A stretch of DNA of 64,000 nt from an uncultured Clostridia bacterium. Lineage in GTDB: Bacteria > Bacillota > Dehalobacteriia > UBA4068. Where the stretch lies: positions 39,557-103,556 of the forward strand of contig CALXRV010000060.1 of the NCBI GenBank assembly GCA_944390945.1, given 5' to 3'. Both the position numbers and the translations under genes were made by a program. A model generated the notes under the pieces. The model was not told the origin of the DNA. It made no database searches and saw nothing but the letters and a program-made list of their open reading frames with translations. Each line of letters begins with the position of its first letter. Positions within the stretch are counted from its first letter, which is position 1. Of this stretch, positions 47,954 to 57,180 are shown piece by piece.

Positions 47954-48361
47954 ATGAAAAGCATCAAGCCGGGGCGCGGCCCTTCCATGATGGGGGCTGC
48001 TGGATCGGTATTCGCCGGTATCTTCGGCGTAATCTGGATCATCGCTGCGGTCAGCATGGGTGCGCCGGCTTTTTTTCCACTGTTTGGGCTGATCTTTGTC
48101 GGCATGGCGATTGTGAATGGGATCTATCATTATAAAAACGCAACCGGAAAAAACCGCTATTCTGTAGCGGATATTGTGGACAGTGCAGCGGAACCGGACC
48201 CGCTGGCGCAGCACCTGGCTGCGGAGCAGGAAGCGCCGGCAGAGGAGGAAATGCAGCCTGCGGGCGCAGCTGGGATGGAAGACGGTTTCTGTCCGTATTG
48301 CGGCGCACCTGCAGCAGCGGATTTCATCTACTGTAAAAAATGCGGCAGGCGTTTGCCATAA
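47954..48361 (+). CDS. small membrane protein with C-terminal zinc ribbon (hypothetical)
   Basis: RBS GGGGAGG. Two TM helices ([19 protein letters not shown] and [18 protein letters not shown]), an acidic linker, and CPYCG...CKKCG. It sits between hslV and hslU. Confidence 0.6.
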   Translation: MKSIKPGRGPSMMGAAGSVFAGIFGVIWIIAAVSMGAPAFFPLFGLIFVGMAIVNGIYHYKNATGKNRYSVADIVDSAAEPDPLAQHLAAEQEAPAEEEMQPAGAAGMEDGFCPYCGAPAAADFIYCKKCGRRLP

Positions 48362-48372
48362 AGGAGGCAACT

Positions 48373-49821
48373 ATGGAAGAACAAAACATCAATTTTCAGA
48401 TGGCGGATGAAACACAGCGTGCGCTGCCTGCCAGCGGCGAGCTGACCCCACGTCAGATCGTTGCGGAACTGGACCGGCATATCGTTGGCCAGAGCGACGC
48501 CAAGCGCTGTGTGGCCGTGGTGGTGCGCAACCGTTACCGCCGCCGCCAGCTTGACGAAAGACTGCAGGAGGAGATTGTTCCCAAAAATATCATCATGATC
48601 GGCCCGACCGGCGTTGGCAAGACGGAAATCGCACGCCGGCTGGCAAAGCTGGTGCAGGCGCCTTTCATCAAGGTGGAGGCAACCAAATTTACAGAAGTCG
48701 GTTATGTGGGGCGCGACGTGGAATCAATCATTCGCGATCTGGTCGAGACTTCTATCCGTATGGTTCGTGCGGAAAAGGTTGCTGCGGTGGAGGATCAGGC
48801 AGCGGCAGCGGCTGATCTGCGCATTCTTGACATGCTGCAGCCCCTGCCCGCTAGCGGTCGTGTCGGTACGGCGATCGGCAATATTTTCGGCGGCCCGGTC
48901 CGTCAGGAAACAGCAGAGGATAATAGCGAGGAGGCGCGCAACAAGCGCGACGAGATTCGCCGTCGCCGCGTCTGGCTGCGTGATCAGCTGCAGAAAGGTG
49001 CGCTGGACGATCAGTTGATCGAGATTGAAGTGGAAGAACAGGGGCCGAACGCCGGTTTTGGCATGGAAGAGATGGGCATTGATATGCAGGGCATACTCGG
49101 CAGTATCATGCCGAAGAAAATGAAGCGGCGCAAGGTGAAGATCCGTGAGGCTCGGCGTATTATGACGCAGGAAGAGGCGGATAAACTGATCGATGGTGAC
49201 GAGGTAAACCGGCTGGGCGTGGAACGTGCCGAACAGAGCGGCATTGTTTTCCTCGATGAAATCGACAAAATTGCCGGCGGCGAGGGTGGCCATGGGCCGG
49301 ATGTCAGCCGCGGCGGCGTGCAACGGGATATCTTGCCTATTGTGGAAGGCTGTACGGTGATGACGAAGTACGGGCCGGTCAAGAGCGACCATATCCTGTT
49401 CATCGCTGCGGGTGCTTTTTCGATGTCTAAACCGAGCGATCTGATCCCTGAGCTGCAGGGCCGCTTCCCGATCCGGGTGGAACTGGAAAACCTGAGCAAG
49501 GAGGATCTGCGCCGTATTCTGCTGGAGCCGGAAAATTCGCTGATCGACCAGTATTGCGCGCTGCTCGCCGTGGATGGCGTACATGTCCGCTTCACCGACG
49601 ACGGCATTGATGCGCTGGCGGAAACGGCGGATCGTGTCAACCGCAATACGGAAAATATCGGCGCACGCCGCCTGCACACGATTTTGGAAAAGGTGTTGGA
49701 AGATCTGCTCTACGATGCGCCGGAAGCTGCCGTGGGCGAGATCGAGATCGACCGCGCTTATATCGAAGATAAGCTGGCGGGCATCGCACAGGATGAAGAT
49801 CTGAGCCGCTTTATCCTCTAG
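48373..49821 (+). CDS. hslU: ATP-dependent protease ATPase subunit HslU (ClpY)
   Basis: [17 protein letters not shown], Walker [27 protein letters not shown], and sensor-2 region [16 protein letters not shown] 48373 follows AAAGGAGG. Confidence 0.95.
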   Translation: MEEQNINFQMADETQRALPASGELTPRQIVAELDRHIVGQSDAKRCVAVVVRNRYRRRQLDERLQEEIVPKNIIMIGPTGVGKTEIARRLAKLVQAPFIKVEATKFTEVGYVGRDVESIIRDLVETSIRMVRAEKVAAVEDQAAAAADLRILDMLQPLPASGRVGTAIGNIFGGPVRQETAEDNSEEARNKRDEIRRRRVWLRDQLQKGALDDQLIEIEVEEQGPNAGFGMEEMGIDMQGILGSIMPKKMKRRKVKIREARRIMTQEEADKLIDGDEVNRLGVERAEQSGIVFLDEIDKIAGGEGGHGPDVSRGGVQRDILPIVEGCTVMTKYGPVKSDHILFIAAGAFSMSKPSDLIPELQGRFPIRVELENLSKEDLRRILLEPENSLIDQYCALLAVDGVHVRFTDDGIDALAETADRVNRNTENIGARRLHTILEKVLEDLLYDAPEAAVGEIEIDRAYIEDKLAGIAQDEDLSRFIL

Positions 49822-49844
49822 CAGAGCCGTTACGCAGACGAAAG

Positions 49845-49876
49845 CAAAAAACGCTTGCATTTGCAGGCGTTTTTTG
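49845..49876 (+). terminator. rho-independent terminator after hslU
   Basis: AACGCTTGCA / TGCAGGCGTT stem with one G-U pair, flanked by an A-run and followed by TTTTTT. Confidence 0.7.
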
Positions 49877-50006
49877 TTATGATATGTGATGGTTCAGTTT
49901 GACCAAATACGCACGTCGCGGATGGCCTGTTCGTTGCTGGAAACGGTGAGCAGGCTTCGAAACGGCGGAGGGTATTGAAAAAACAAAACATTTAGGAGGA
50001 AAGAAA

Positions 50007-50795
50007 ATGGCAGTAATCTCGATGAAACAGCTTCTGGAAGCAGGCGTGCATTTCGGGCATCAGACCCGGCGTTGGAACCCGAAGATGGCCAAATACATCT
50101 TCACCGAACGCAATGGCATCTATATTATCGACCTGCAAAAAACCGTGCACAAGGTGGACGAGGCCTACCAGTTCATGAAGAGCGTGGCTGCGGAAGGCAA
50201 GAGCGTGCTTTTTGTCGGTACGAAGAAGCAGGCACAGGATTCCATCAAGGAAGAGGCGGAACGCTGCGGCCAGTTCTACGTCAATGAGCGTTGGCTGGGC
50301 GGCATGCTGACAAACTTCAAGACGATCCAGAGCCGTATTAATTACCTGCGCGATTTGGAACGTATGGAGGCGGACGGCACTTTTGAAGTGCTGCCGAAGA
50401 AGGAAGTTGCCATGCTTAAGGGTAAGAAGGAAAAGCTGGAACGCTTCCTGGGCGGCATCAAGGACATGAATAAGCTGCCGGGCGCAATGTTCGTCGTCGA
50501 TCCGCGCAAGGAGCGCATCGCAGTGGCAGAGGCGCGTCTGCTGAAGATTCCGATCGTGGCCATCGTGGATACGAACTGCGATCCGGATGAGATCGATTAT
50601 GTTATCCCTGGCAATGATGATGCTATCCGTGCGGTCAAGCTGCTTTCTGCTAAGATGGCGGATGCGGTGATCGAGGGCCGCCAGGGTGCCGATGCCGCTG
50701 CCGCCGCAGCAGCCGAGGCGCCCGCTGAAGAAGCAACAGAGCCGGAAGAAGTTGCGGTACAGGCGGAGCCTGCTGCGGAAACTGCTGGCGAATAA
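50007..50795 (+). CDS. rpsB: 30S ribosomal protein S2
   Basis: [27 protein letters not shown]... is a canonical S2 N-terminus. The C-terminal tail is Ala/Glu-rich. Confidence 0.97.
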   Translation: MAVISMKQLLEAGVHFGHQTRRWNPKMAKYIFTERNGIYIIDLQKTVHKVDEAYQFMKSVAAEGKSVLFVGTKKQAQDSIKEEAERCGQFYVNERWLGGMLTNFKTIQSRINYLRDLERMEADGTFEVLPKKEVAMLKGKKEKLERFLGGIKDMNKLPGAMFVVDPRKERIAVAEARLLKIPIVAIVDTNCDPDEIDYVIPGNDDAIRAVKLLSAKMADAVIEGRQGADAAAAAAAEAPAEEATEPEEVAVQAEPAAETAGE

Positions 50796-50845
50796 TATGC
50801 GCGGATGCGCACGGAAGAATCGAGAATTTGAGGAGGATATAGCAA

Positions 50846-51502
50846 ATGGCTGAATTTACCGCTCAAGACGTAAAGAATCTGCGCGAAAGAACCGGCGCTG
50901 GCATGATGGACTGCAAAAAGGCGCTGACCGAAGCAAACGGCGACACGGAAAAGGCGATCGACCTGCTGCGTGAAAAGGGTTTGGCTGCCGCGGCCAAAAA
51001 AGCTGGCCGTATCGCTGCCGAAGGTCTGGTGGAAAGCTATATTCATGGCGGTGGGCGTATCGGCGTGCTCGTTGAGATCAACTGTGAGACCGACTTTGTC
51101 GCCAAGACGCCGGAATATAAAGAATTCTGCCGCGATATCGCGATGCAGATCGCTGCATCCAGCCCGGAATATGTCCGCCGCGAAGAAGTGCCGGAGGATG
51201 TTTTGGAACGCGAACGCAATGTTGCCCGCCAGGCTGCAATCAATGACGGCAAGCCGGAAAAGATCCTCGACCGCATCGTGGAAGGCCGTATCGAAAAGTT
51301 TTACAAAGAGGTTTGCCTGCTGGAGCAGGTTTATATCAAGGACAATGACAAGACCGTACAGCAGGTGATCACGGATAAGATCGCTACCATTGGTGAAAAC
51401 ATCTCCGTGCGTCGTTTTGTCCGCTACCAGGTGGGCGAGGGGATTGAAAAGAAACAAAGCAATTTGGCGGAAGAAGTTGCTGCGATGAGCAAGCAGTGCT
51501 AA
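50846..51502 (+). CDS. tsf: translation elongation factor Ts (short form)
   Basis: [22 protein letters not shown]-like N-terminus and [16 protein letters not shown]. Confidence 0.95.
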   Translation: MAEFTAQDVKNLRERTGAGMMDCKKALTEANGDTEKAIDLLREKGLAAAAKKAGRIAAEGLVESYIHGGGRIGVLVEINCETDFVAKTPEYKEFCRDIAMQIAASSPEYVRREEVPEDVLERERNVARQAAINDGKPEKILDRIVEGRIEKFYKEVCLLEQVYIKDNDKTVQQVITDKIATIGENISVRRFVRYQVGEGIEKKQSNLAEEVAAMSKQC

Positions 51503-51530
51503 GCGGTATCATTCAGCGAAGGGTATGCCG

Positions 51531-52241
51531 ATGGAGCCGAAATATCACAGATGTATCCTGAAGATCAGCGGAGAAAGCCTGGCTGGCAGCGCCGGCTTTG
51601 GCCTTGATCAGCCGACGATTGATGATATCGCCGCCCAGGTGGCGGAGATTAGCCAGCTGGGTGTTGAGCTGGCGATCGTAGTGGGCGGCGGCAATATTTG
51701 GCGCGGCCGCAAGGGCGCAGCTGACGGCATGGACCGCTCTACTGCCGACCATATGGGCATGCTGGCGACGGTGATCAATTCGCTGGCACTGGCGGATGCG
51801 ATCGAACAGGCGGGTGTGGTGTGCCGTGTGCAGTCCGCCATCTCCATGCGCCAGATCTGCGAGCCGTATATCCGCCTGCGCGCAATGCGTCATCTGGAAA
51901 AGGGGCGCGTGGTGATTTTTGCCGCCGGCAGCGGTAATCCCTATTTCTCGACGGACACGGCTGCTGCGCTGCGTGCGGCGGAGATCCATGCCGATGTGAT
52001 CCTGATGGCGAAAAAGGTTGATGGCGTATATGATGCAGATCCGGTGACGCATCCGGAAGCCAGGCGCTTTGCGCATCTGACGTATTCGGATGTGCTCAAC
52101 CGGGAATTGCAGGTGATGGATTCCACGGCGGCTTCGCTCTGCCGGGACAACCATATCCCGCTGGTTGTGTTCAATATCATGGAAAAAGGGAATATGATGC
52201 GCGCGGTGCTGGGTGAGGATATCGGTACGACTTTGGACTGA
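51531..52241 (+). CDS. pyrH: UMP kinase
   Basis: [43 protein letters not shown]. Confidence 0.95.
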   Translation: MEPKYHRCILKISGESLAGSAGFGLDQPTIDDIAAQVAEISQLGVELAIVVGGGNIWRGRKGAADGMDRSTADHMGMLATVINSLALADAIEQAGVVCRVQSAISMRQICEPYIRLRAMRHLEKGRVVIFAAGSGNPYFSTDTAAALRAAEIHADVILMAKKVDGVYDADPVTHPEARRFAHLTYSDVLNRELQVMDSTAASLCRDNHIPLVVFNIMEKGNMMRAVLGEDIGTTLD

Positions 52242-52281
52242 CGCCCTGCTCTGCAGTTGGGAAAATCTGGAGGTGCCAAAA

Positions 52282-52839
52282 ATGATTAAAGATTTGCTGG
52301 ACGACGCCCAAGACAGGATGGAAAAAGTAGAAAAGATCCTGATCAGCGATTATGCTTCCCTGCGCGCAGGCCGCGCCACGCCCGCTTTGCTTGATAAGAT
52401 CACAGCGGAGTATTACGGCACGCCTACGCCGATCAACCAGATGGCGAATATCTCTTGTCCGGAACCGCGTCTGATCGTGGTGCAGCCGTGGGACAAAAAT
52501 CAGTTGTCCACGATTGAAAAGGCGATCCTAAAATCCGATCTGGGCATCACACCGAACAATGATGGTACAGTCATTCGCCTGGCGGTGCCGACGCTGACGG
52601 AAGAGCGTCGCCGCGAGATCGTCAAACAATGTGGCAAAAAGGCGGAGGATGCCAAGGTTGCGGTGCGCAACATCCGCCGTGACGTGAATGACAGCGTGAA
52701 AGCGCTGGAAAAGTCGAAGGAAGCTTCGGAAGATGAAGTCAAAAAAGGCCTTGATGATATTCAGAAACTGACCGATAAATTCATCAAACGGGTAGATGAA
52801 ATATTATCGCAGAAAGAGAAGGAGATCATGGAGGTATAG
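52282..52839 (+). CDS. frr: ribosome recycling factor
   Basis: ATG 52282 follows GGAGGTG, within ORF 52213..52839. SLRAGRATPALLD, PNNDGTVIRL.VP.LTEERR. Confidence 0.95.
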   Translation: MIKDLLDDAQDRMEKVEKILISDYASLRAGRATPALLDKITAEYYGTPTPINQMANISCPEPRLIVVQPWDKNQLSTIEKAILKSDLGITPNNDGTVIRLAVPTLTEERRREIVKQCGKKAEDAKVAVRNIRRDVNDSVKALEKSKEASEDEVKKGLDDIQKLTDKFIKRVDEILSQKEKEIMEV

Positions 52840-52919
52840 CGAATATTATTTTGGTTTCATCGACAGACGGTATTTCGATGTTTACATGATTGATAGAATA
52901 TTGTGAGGAGGTGTAGTTC

Positions 52920-53084
52920 ATGGCATACGTAATCACGGATTCCTGCGTGGCTTGCGGTACTTGCGCGGGTGAATGCCCGGCTGGCGCGATCGCTGAGGGC
53001 GATATCTATGTGATCGGCGATGAGTGCCTCGAATGCGGCGCTTGTGTTGATGCTTGCCCGGTTGGCGCTATCGTTGAGAAGTAA
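52920..53084 (+). CDS. 2x[4Fe-4S] clostridial-type ferredoxin (54 aa; below ORF-track cutoff)
   Basis: Own translation gives MAYVITDSCVACGTCAGECPAGAISEGDIYVIGDECLECGACVDACPVGAIVEK with two CxxCxxCxxxCP motifs. Strong RBS GAGGAGG 7 nt upstream, and a terminator follows. Confidence 0.85.
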   Translation: MAYVITDSCVACGTCAGECPAGAIAEGDIYVIGDECLECGACVDACPVGAIVEK

Positions 53085-53136
53085 TTTTGCTTTTCCCAGC
53101 ATAAGCTGGTAGCGTGAGCAAATTTATCGCTTTTGG

Positions 53137-53168
53137 AAACGGCATGGCGAATAGCCATGCCGTTTTCT
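53137..53168 (+). terminator. rho-independent terminator after the ferredoxin gene
   Basis: AAACGGCATGGC / GCCATGCCGTTT 12-bp stem with a 5-nt loop, followed by TTC. Confidence 0.75.
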
Positions 53169-53170
53169 AT

Positions 53171-53198
53171 GCTATACATGGGGCGCTATACATGGGGC
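53171..53198. repeat. perfect 14-bp tandem duplication
   Basis: GCTATACATGGGGC occurs at 53171-53184 and is repeated exactly at 53185-53198, immediately after the terminator. Confidence 0.9.
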
Positions 53199-53224
53199 GG
53201 CTCTGGATTTTCAAATATCTTAAA

Positions 53225-53253
53225 TTGACCTTTCCCTGGTTTTATGCCATAAT
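53225..53253 (+). promoter_or_regulatory. candidate promoter for uppS-cdsA...
   Basis: TTGACC, 17 nt, CATAAT preceded by TGC (extended -10). A hairpin GGGCAGG-AAT-GCCTGCCC follows in the leader. Confidence 0.4.
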
Positions 53254-53315
53254 ATATGCTAGATTTATTTATACGCTGGGCAGGAATGCCTGCCCTGGTG
53301 CGGAAGGGTGGAAAG

Positions 53316-54065
53316 ATGAAGCCAGAACGCTATGATGATTTGCTGGCCCAGCTGGATCCGACGCGTCTGCCGCGACATATTGCGGTGATTATGGATGGTA
53401 ATGGCCGTTGGGCAACCCGGCGCCATCTGCCGCGTTCTGCCGGGCATAAAGCTGGCGCCGAAGCTTTGCGCCGTGCAACCGAGCTTTGCCGGGAACTGCA
53501 TATCGGTTGCTTGAGCGTGTATGCTTTTTCTACGGAGAACTGGAGCCGACCTGCGGAAGAAGTCGGATTTCTGATGCGATTGTTGGTGGAATATCTGCAC
53601 AGTGAGCGCTCTTTGTTACGGCAGCAGCAGATCAGGCTGGGCTTTCTCGGCCGCCGCGACGGCCTGCCTGCTGAGGTGCTGCGGGCGCTTGATGAAACCT
53701 TGGCAGAGACGGCTTCTTACCAGGAGATGCAGTTGAATCTGGCGGTCAATTATGGCGGTCGTGACGAACTTCGGCGTGCAGTACAGGCTTTGGTTGCTGA
53801 GGCGGCGGCGGGTAGGCTGACGGCAGCGGAGGTGGACGAAGCAAAGATCAGCGCACAGCTGGATACGGCTGGTCTGCCGGATCCGGATTTATTGATTCGC
53901 CCTTCCGGCGAGCTGCGCATCAGCAATTTCCTGCTTTGGCAAGGAGCGTATAGCGAGTTATACTTTTGTGATAAATTATGGCCGGATTTTGGTAAGCGCG
54001 ATTTGCTTGCTGCGATTTTGGAATATCAGAAACGGGATCGCCGTTTCGGTGCAGTCAAACGCTAA
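53316..54065 (+). CDS. uppS: isoprenyl transferase (undecaprenyl diphosphate synthase)
   Basis: HIAVIMDGNGRWA, FSTENW.RP..EV, RISNFLLWQ.AYSE. Confidence 0.95.
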   Translation: MKPERYDDLLAQLDPTRLPRHIAVIMDGNGRWATRRHLPRSAGHKAGAEALRRATELCRELHIGCLSVYAFSTENWSRPAEEVGFLMRLLVEYLHSERSLLRQQQIRLGFLGRRDGLPAEVLRALDETLAETASYQEMQLNLAVNYGGRDELRRAVQALVAEAAAGRLTAAEVDEAKISAQLDTAGLPDPDLLIRPSGELRISNFLLWQGAYSELYFCDKLWPDFGKRDLLAAILEYQKRDRRFGAVKR

Positions 54066-54091
54066 ACGAAGGCGGAATGGGAGGGGCATGC

Positions 54092-54727
54092 ATGAGTTCT
54101 GAAAAACAACGGGTGATCACGGCAGCGATCGGTCTGCCGTTTCTGCTGCTTTTTCTTTGGCTGGGCGGCGCTTGGCTGGCTGGTCTTCTGGTTCTGTTGG
54201 GGTTGATCGGCGGCTATGAATACTGCCGGCTGTTGCAGACGACGCGGATGCGTCAACCGGCGATGTGGTATCTTTGCGGTTTGGTTTATATTGCAGCGGG
54301 TTTTCTCGCGTTTTATGGCGTGCGTGTGGAGGAAGGCACAGCCTGGCTGTTGATCGTGATTTGGAGCACGGATATTGCGGCTTATGAATACGGCCGCCGG
54401 TTTGGCCGGCATAAGCTGGCGCCTACGATCAGTCCGCATAAGACTGTGGAAGGTGCGGTGGCGGGTATTGTGGCGGCAATCGTATTGGGTAGCGGTTATG
54501 CCGCGGTTGTAATGGGCATAAACTTTATGGCAGCATTTGCGGTCAGCCTGCTGATTTCTGTGCTGGGCCAGGTGGGTGATTTGATTGAAAGCCATGCCAA
54601 AAGGCTGGCTGGGGTTAAGGACAGCGGTAAACTGCTGCCCGGCCATGGCGGTGTGTTAGACCGTTTTGACAGCATTTTGTTTGCTTCCATGTTCATGTAT
54701 CTGTTGCTGAAGATGCTCCGGAGGTAG
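54092..54727 (+). CDS. cdsA: phosphatidate cytidylyltransferase (short form)
   Basis: C-terminal signature SHAKRLAGVKDSGKLLPGHGGVLDRFDS in a polytopic protein. ATG 54092 follows GGGAGGGG. Confidence 0.88.
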   Translation: MSSEKQRVITAAIGLPFLLLFLWLGGAWLAGLLVLLGLIGGYEYCRLLQTTRMRQPAMWYLCGLVYIAAGFLAFYGVRVEEGTAWLLIVIWSTDIAAYEYGRRFGRHKLAPTISPHKTVEGAVAGIVAAIVLGSGYAAVVMGINFMAAFAVSLLISVLGQVGDLIESHAKRLAGVKDSGKLLPGHGGVLDRFDSILFASMFMYLLLKMLRR

Positions 54728-54731
54728 GATT

Positions 54732-55922
54732 ATGCGGAAACCATCAAAAGAGAATTTGATTTCCTGGCTGATCATTGCTGCAATCGCGCTGCTTGTCTGC
54801 GCCACATTTGTGCTTTTTTTTGAAAAGGGAGTTTATTGGCTGGGGAAAGTGGTACGCACGCTTGGTGTGTTGAGTTCGCCGTTTATCATCGCCTGGTTGG
54901 TGGCGGTGATCACGCGGCCGCTGACGCGCCTTCTGGTGCGGAAACTGCATTTTCCGCCTTCGCTCGCCGTGTTGATCATGCTGCTGTTATTGCTGGTTGT
55001 GGTTGTTTTGATGGTTTGGCTTGTTGTTGCGGTGGTTGGCGATGTGGTGGCGGATTTTTCGCTGTATGTTCATGATGTGGAAGTCTATACGGGTAAATTG
55101 CTCAATTATTTGAGCGATATTTATGAGCGGCTGGAATTGAACGATGAATCCCTGACCAAACTGTTTGGGCGCCTGGAGAATATGGCAGGTGGTTTGGCGC
55201 GGCAGGGGCTGGATGTTTTGTTCAGTACAACGGTTTCCGTCATTTCCGGCACGCCGGGCGTATTCATCTGGGTGCTGGTGACTTTGGTCGCCACCTTTTA
55301 CTGGTGCCGTGAAGAGGAGGTCGTGCGCAATGCCCTGTTGCGAATCTTCCCCCGGCATCGCCGTGTACGGGTGCAACGCACCTATGACAGTATGTCGAAT
55401 GTGGTAGGCGGCTATGTGCGCGCGCAGGCATTGCTGGTTTTCATTTCGATCTGTATCTGCATCATCGGTTTTACGATCATCGGTGCACAAAGCCCGCTGG
55501 TGATGGGGCTGTTCACCGGCGTGATGGATATTATCCCGATTCTCGGTCCAGGCACGCTGATTGTGCCCTGGGCGGCCTGGAGCCTGATCACGGGTGATTT
55601 TATCAGCGGCGTGGGGTTGATCATCATCTATGCCACAACAACGATCAGCCGGAATATTTTGGAGCCGAAGATCGTCGGTGATCGTGTTGGCCTGCATCCG
55701 TTGGCCACGCTGGCTGCGATCTTTATCGGTATGCGTATGTTCGGCCTGGTTGGCTTGATCCTCGGCCCGATCGTATTGGCGATCGGCATGGCTGCCTGGC
55801 GCAGTTACCGCAAAGGCACGCTTGCGGCGGAACAAACGCCGTCGGATGCGGAAGCCCGGAAGCCGCTGGAAATCGGGGAAAGCCCGGCAAAAGAGCAAAA
55901 GGAAAAAACAGAGAAAAAATGA
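54732..55922 (+). CDS. AI-2E family transporter (PerM/YtvI-like integral membrane protein)
   Basis: About 8 TM helices. The conserved C-terminal half (MDIIPILGPGTLIVPWA...ILEPKIVGDRVGLHPLATL) is typical of UPF0118/AI-2E/YtvI. Confidence 0.8.
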   Translation: MRKPSKENLISWLIIAAIALLVCATFVLFFEKGVYWLGKVVRTLGVLSSPFIIAWLVAVITRPLTRLLVRKLHFPPSLAVLIMLLLLLVVVVLMVWLVVAVVGDVVADFSLYVHDVEVYTGKLLNYLSDIYERLELNDESLTKLFGRLENMAGGLARQGLDVLFSTTVSVISGTPGVFIWVLVTLVATFYWCREEEVVRNALLRIFPRHRRVRVQRTYDSMSNVVGGYVRAQALLVFISICICIIGFTIIGAQSPLVMGLFTGVMDIIPILGPGTLIVPWAAWSLITGDFISGVGLIIIYATTTISRNILEPKIVGDRVGLHPLATLAAIFIGMRMFGLVGLILGPIVLAIGMAAWRSYRKGTLAAEQTPSDAEARKPLEIGESPAKEQKEKTEKK

Positions 55923-55971
55923 TGCGGATAGCGGCTTAATTCGCTGTTCGTCCGCTGTGGGATGAGAGACT

Positions 55972-57180
55972 ATGTTGCGTTTATCGATCTTGGGTGCCAG
56001 CGGTTCAATCGGCCGACAGGCGCTGCAGGTGGTGGATCAGCTGCCGACACGGATACAGGTCGTGGCGATGACAGCGGGTAATGATTGGCGTTTTCTGGCC
56101 ACGGCAGCGCTGCGTTACCGGCCGCTGTTGGTGGCGGTGGCGGAGGAAAGCTGTTATGTGCCGCTGCGCGAAGCATTGGCCGGCAGCGGCATTGCGGTTG
56201 CCGCTGGTGCGGAAGGTCTGGTTGCCGCTGCTACGCTGGCAGAGGCAGATATGGTGCTGGCTGCGATTTCCGGACTGGCCGGCCTGCCGCCTTTATTGGC
56301 GGCGATCGCGGCTGAAAAGGCAATCGCGCTGGCGAATAAGGAATCGCTGGTTGCCGCAGGCAGCCTGGTCATGCCGCAAATCCGTGCCCGGGGGCTGACC
56401 CTGAATCCGGTGGATAGTGAGCATGCCGCGCTCTGGCAATGCTTGCGCGGCGAATGCAGGCAAGAAGCTGCGCGGCTGATCCTGACGGCGAGCGGTGGCG
56501 CTTTCCGCGATAAAAGTGCGGCAGAGCTGGCGCAAGCTACACCGGAGCAGGCGCTGCGGCATCCGAATTGGCGTATGGGCGCAAAGATCACCATCGATTG
56601 TGCGACTATGGTCAACAAGGGCCTGGAGGTGATCGAAGCGCATTGGCTGTTTGACATGCCCTATGCGCAAATCGACGTGCTGGTGCACCCGGAAAGCATC
56701 GTCCATTCGCTGGTGGTGTTTCGTGACGGCAGCGTCAAAGCGCAGCTTGGCTTGCCGGATATGCGTTTGCCGATTCAATATGCGCTGCTGGGCGGCGAGC
56801 GTCCTGCAGGCGGGGTGGCAGCGCCGGATCTGGCAGCTGTGGGTGCGCTGCATTTTCGTCAGCCGGATGACCTGCGCTTTCCTGCGCTTCATCTTTTCCG
56901 CCGTGCCGGTGAAACGGGAGGAGATGCGCCGGCTTATCTTAATGGCGCGAACGAAGTATTAGTAGCAGCCTTTTTGCAGGAGAAAATCGCCTTTCCCGTC
57001 ATCGCGGAGGCATTGGGCGAATTGAGCGCGCTGCATCGCGCAGCACCGGTCGTAACAGCGGAGGATGTATTTGCAGCTGATGCGGCAGGCCGGCAGGCGG
57101 CGCGGGAATTTATAGGAGGGAAACATTTTGACTGCAATCGCAGCGATCCTGGTATTTTGTCTATTGATCCTGAGCCATGA
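55972..57180 (+). CDS. dxr: 1-deoxy-D-xylulose-5-phosphate reductoisomerase
   Basis: ILGASGSIG.QAL, ALANKESLV, LNPVDSEH.A..Q, NKGLEVIEA. A C-terminal tail overlaps rseP by 53 nt. Confidence 0.94.
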   Translation: MLRLSILGASGSIGRQALQVVDQLPTRIQVVAMTAGNDWRFLATAALRYRPLLVAVAEESCYVPLREALAGSGIAVAAGAEGLVAAATLAEADMVLAAISGLAGLPPLLAAIAAEKAIALANKESLVAAGSLVMPQIRARGLTLNPVDSEHAALWQCLRGECRQEAARLILTASGGAFRDKSAAELAQATPEQALRHPNWRMGAKITIDCATMVNKGLEVIEAHWLFDMPYAQIDVLVHPESIVHSLVVFRDGSVKAQLGLPDMRLPIQYALLGGERPAGGVAAPDLAAVGALHFRQPDDLRFPALHLFRRAGETGGDAPAYLNGANEVLVAAFLQEKIAFPVIAEALGELSALHRAAPVVTAEDVFAADAAGRQAAREFIGGKHFDCNRSDPGILSIDPEP

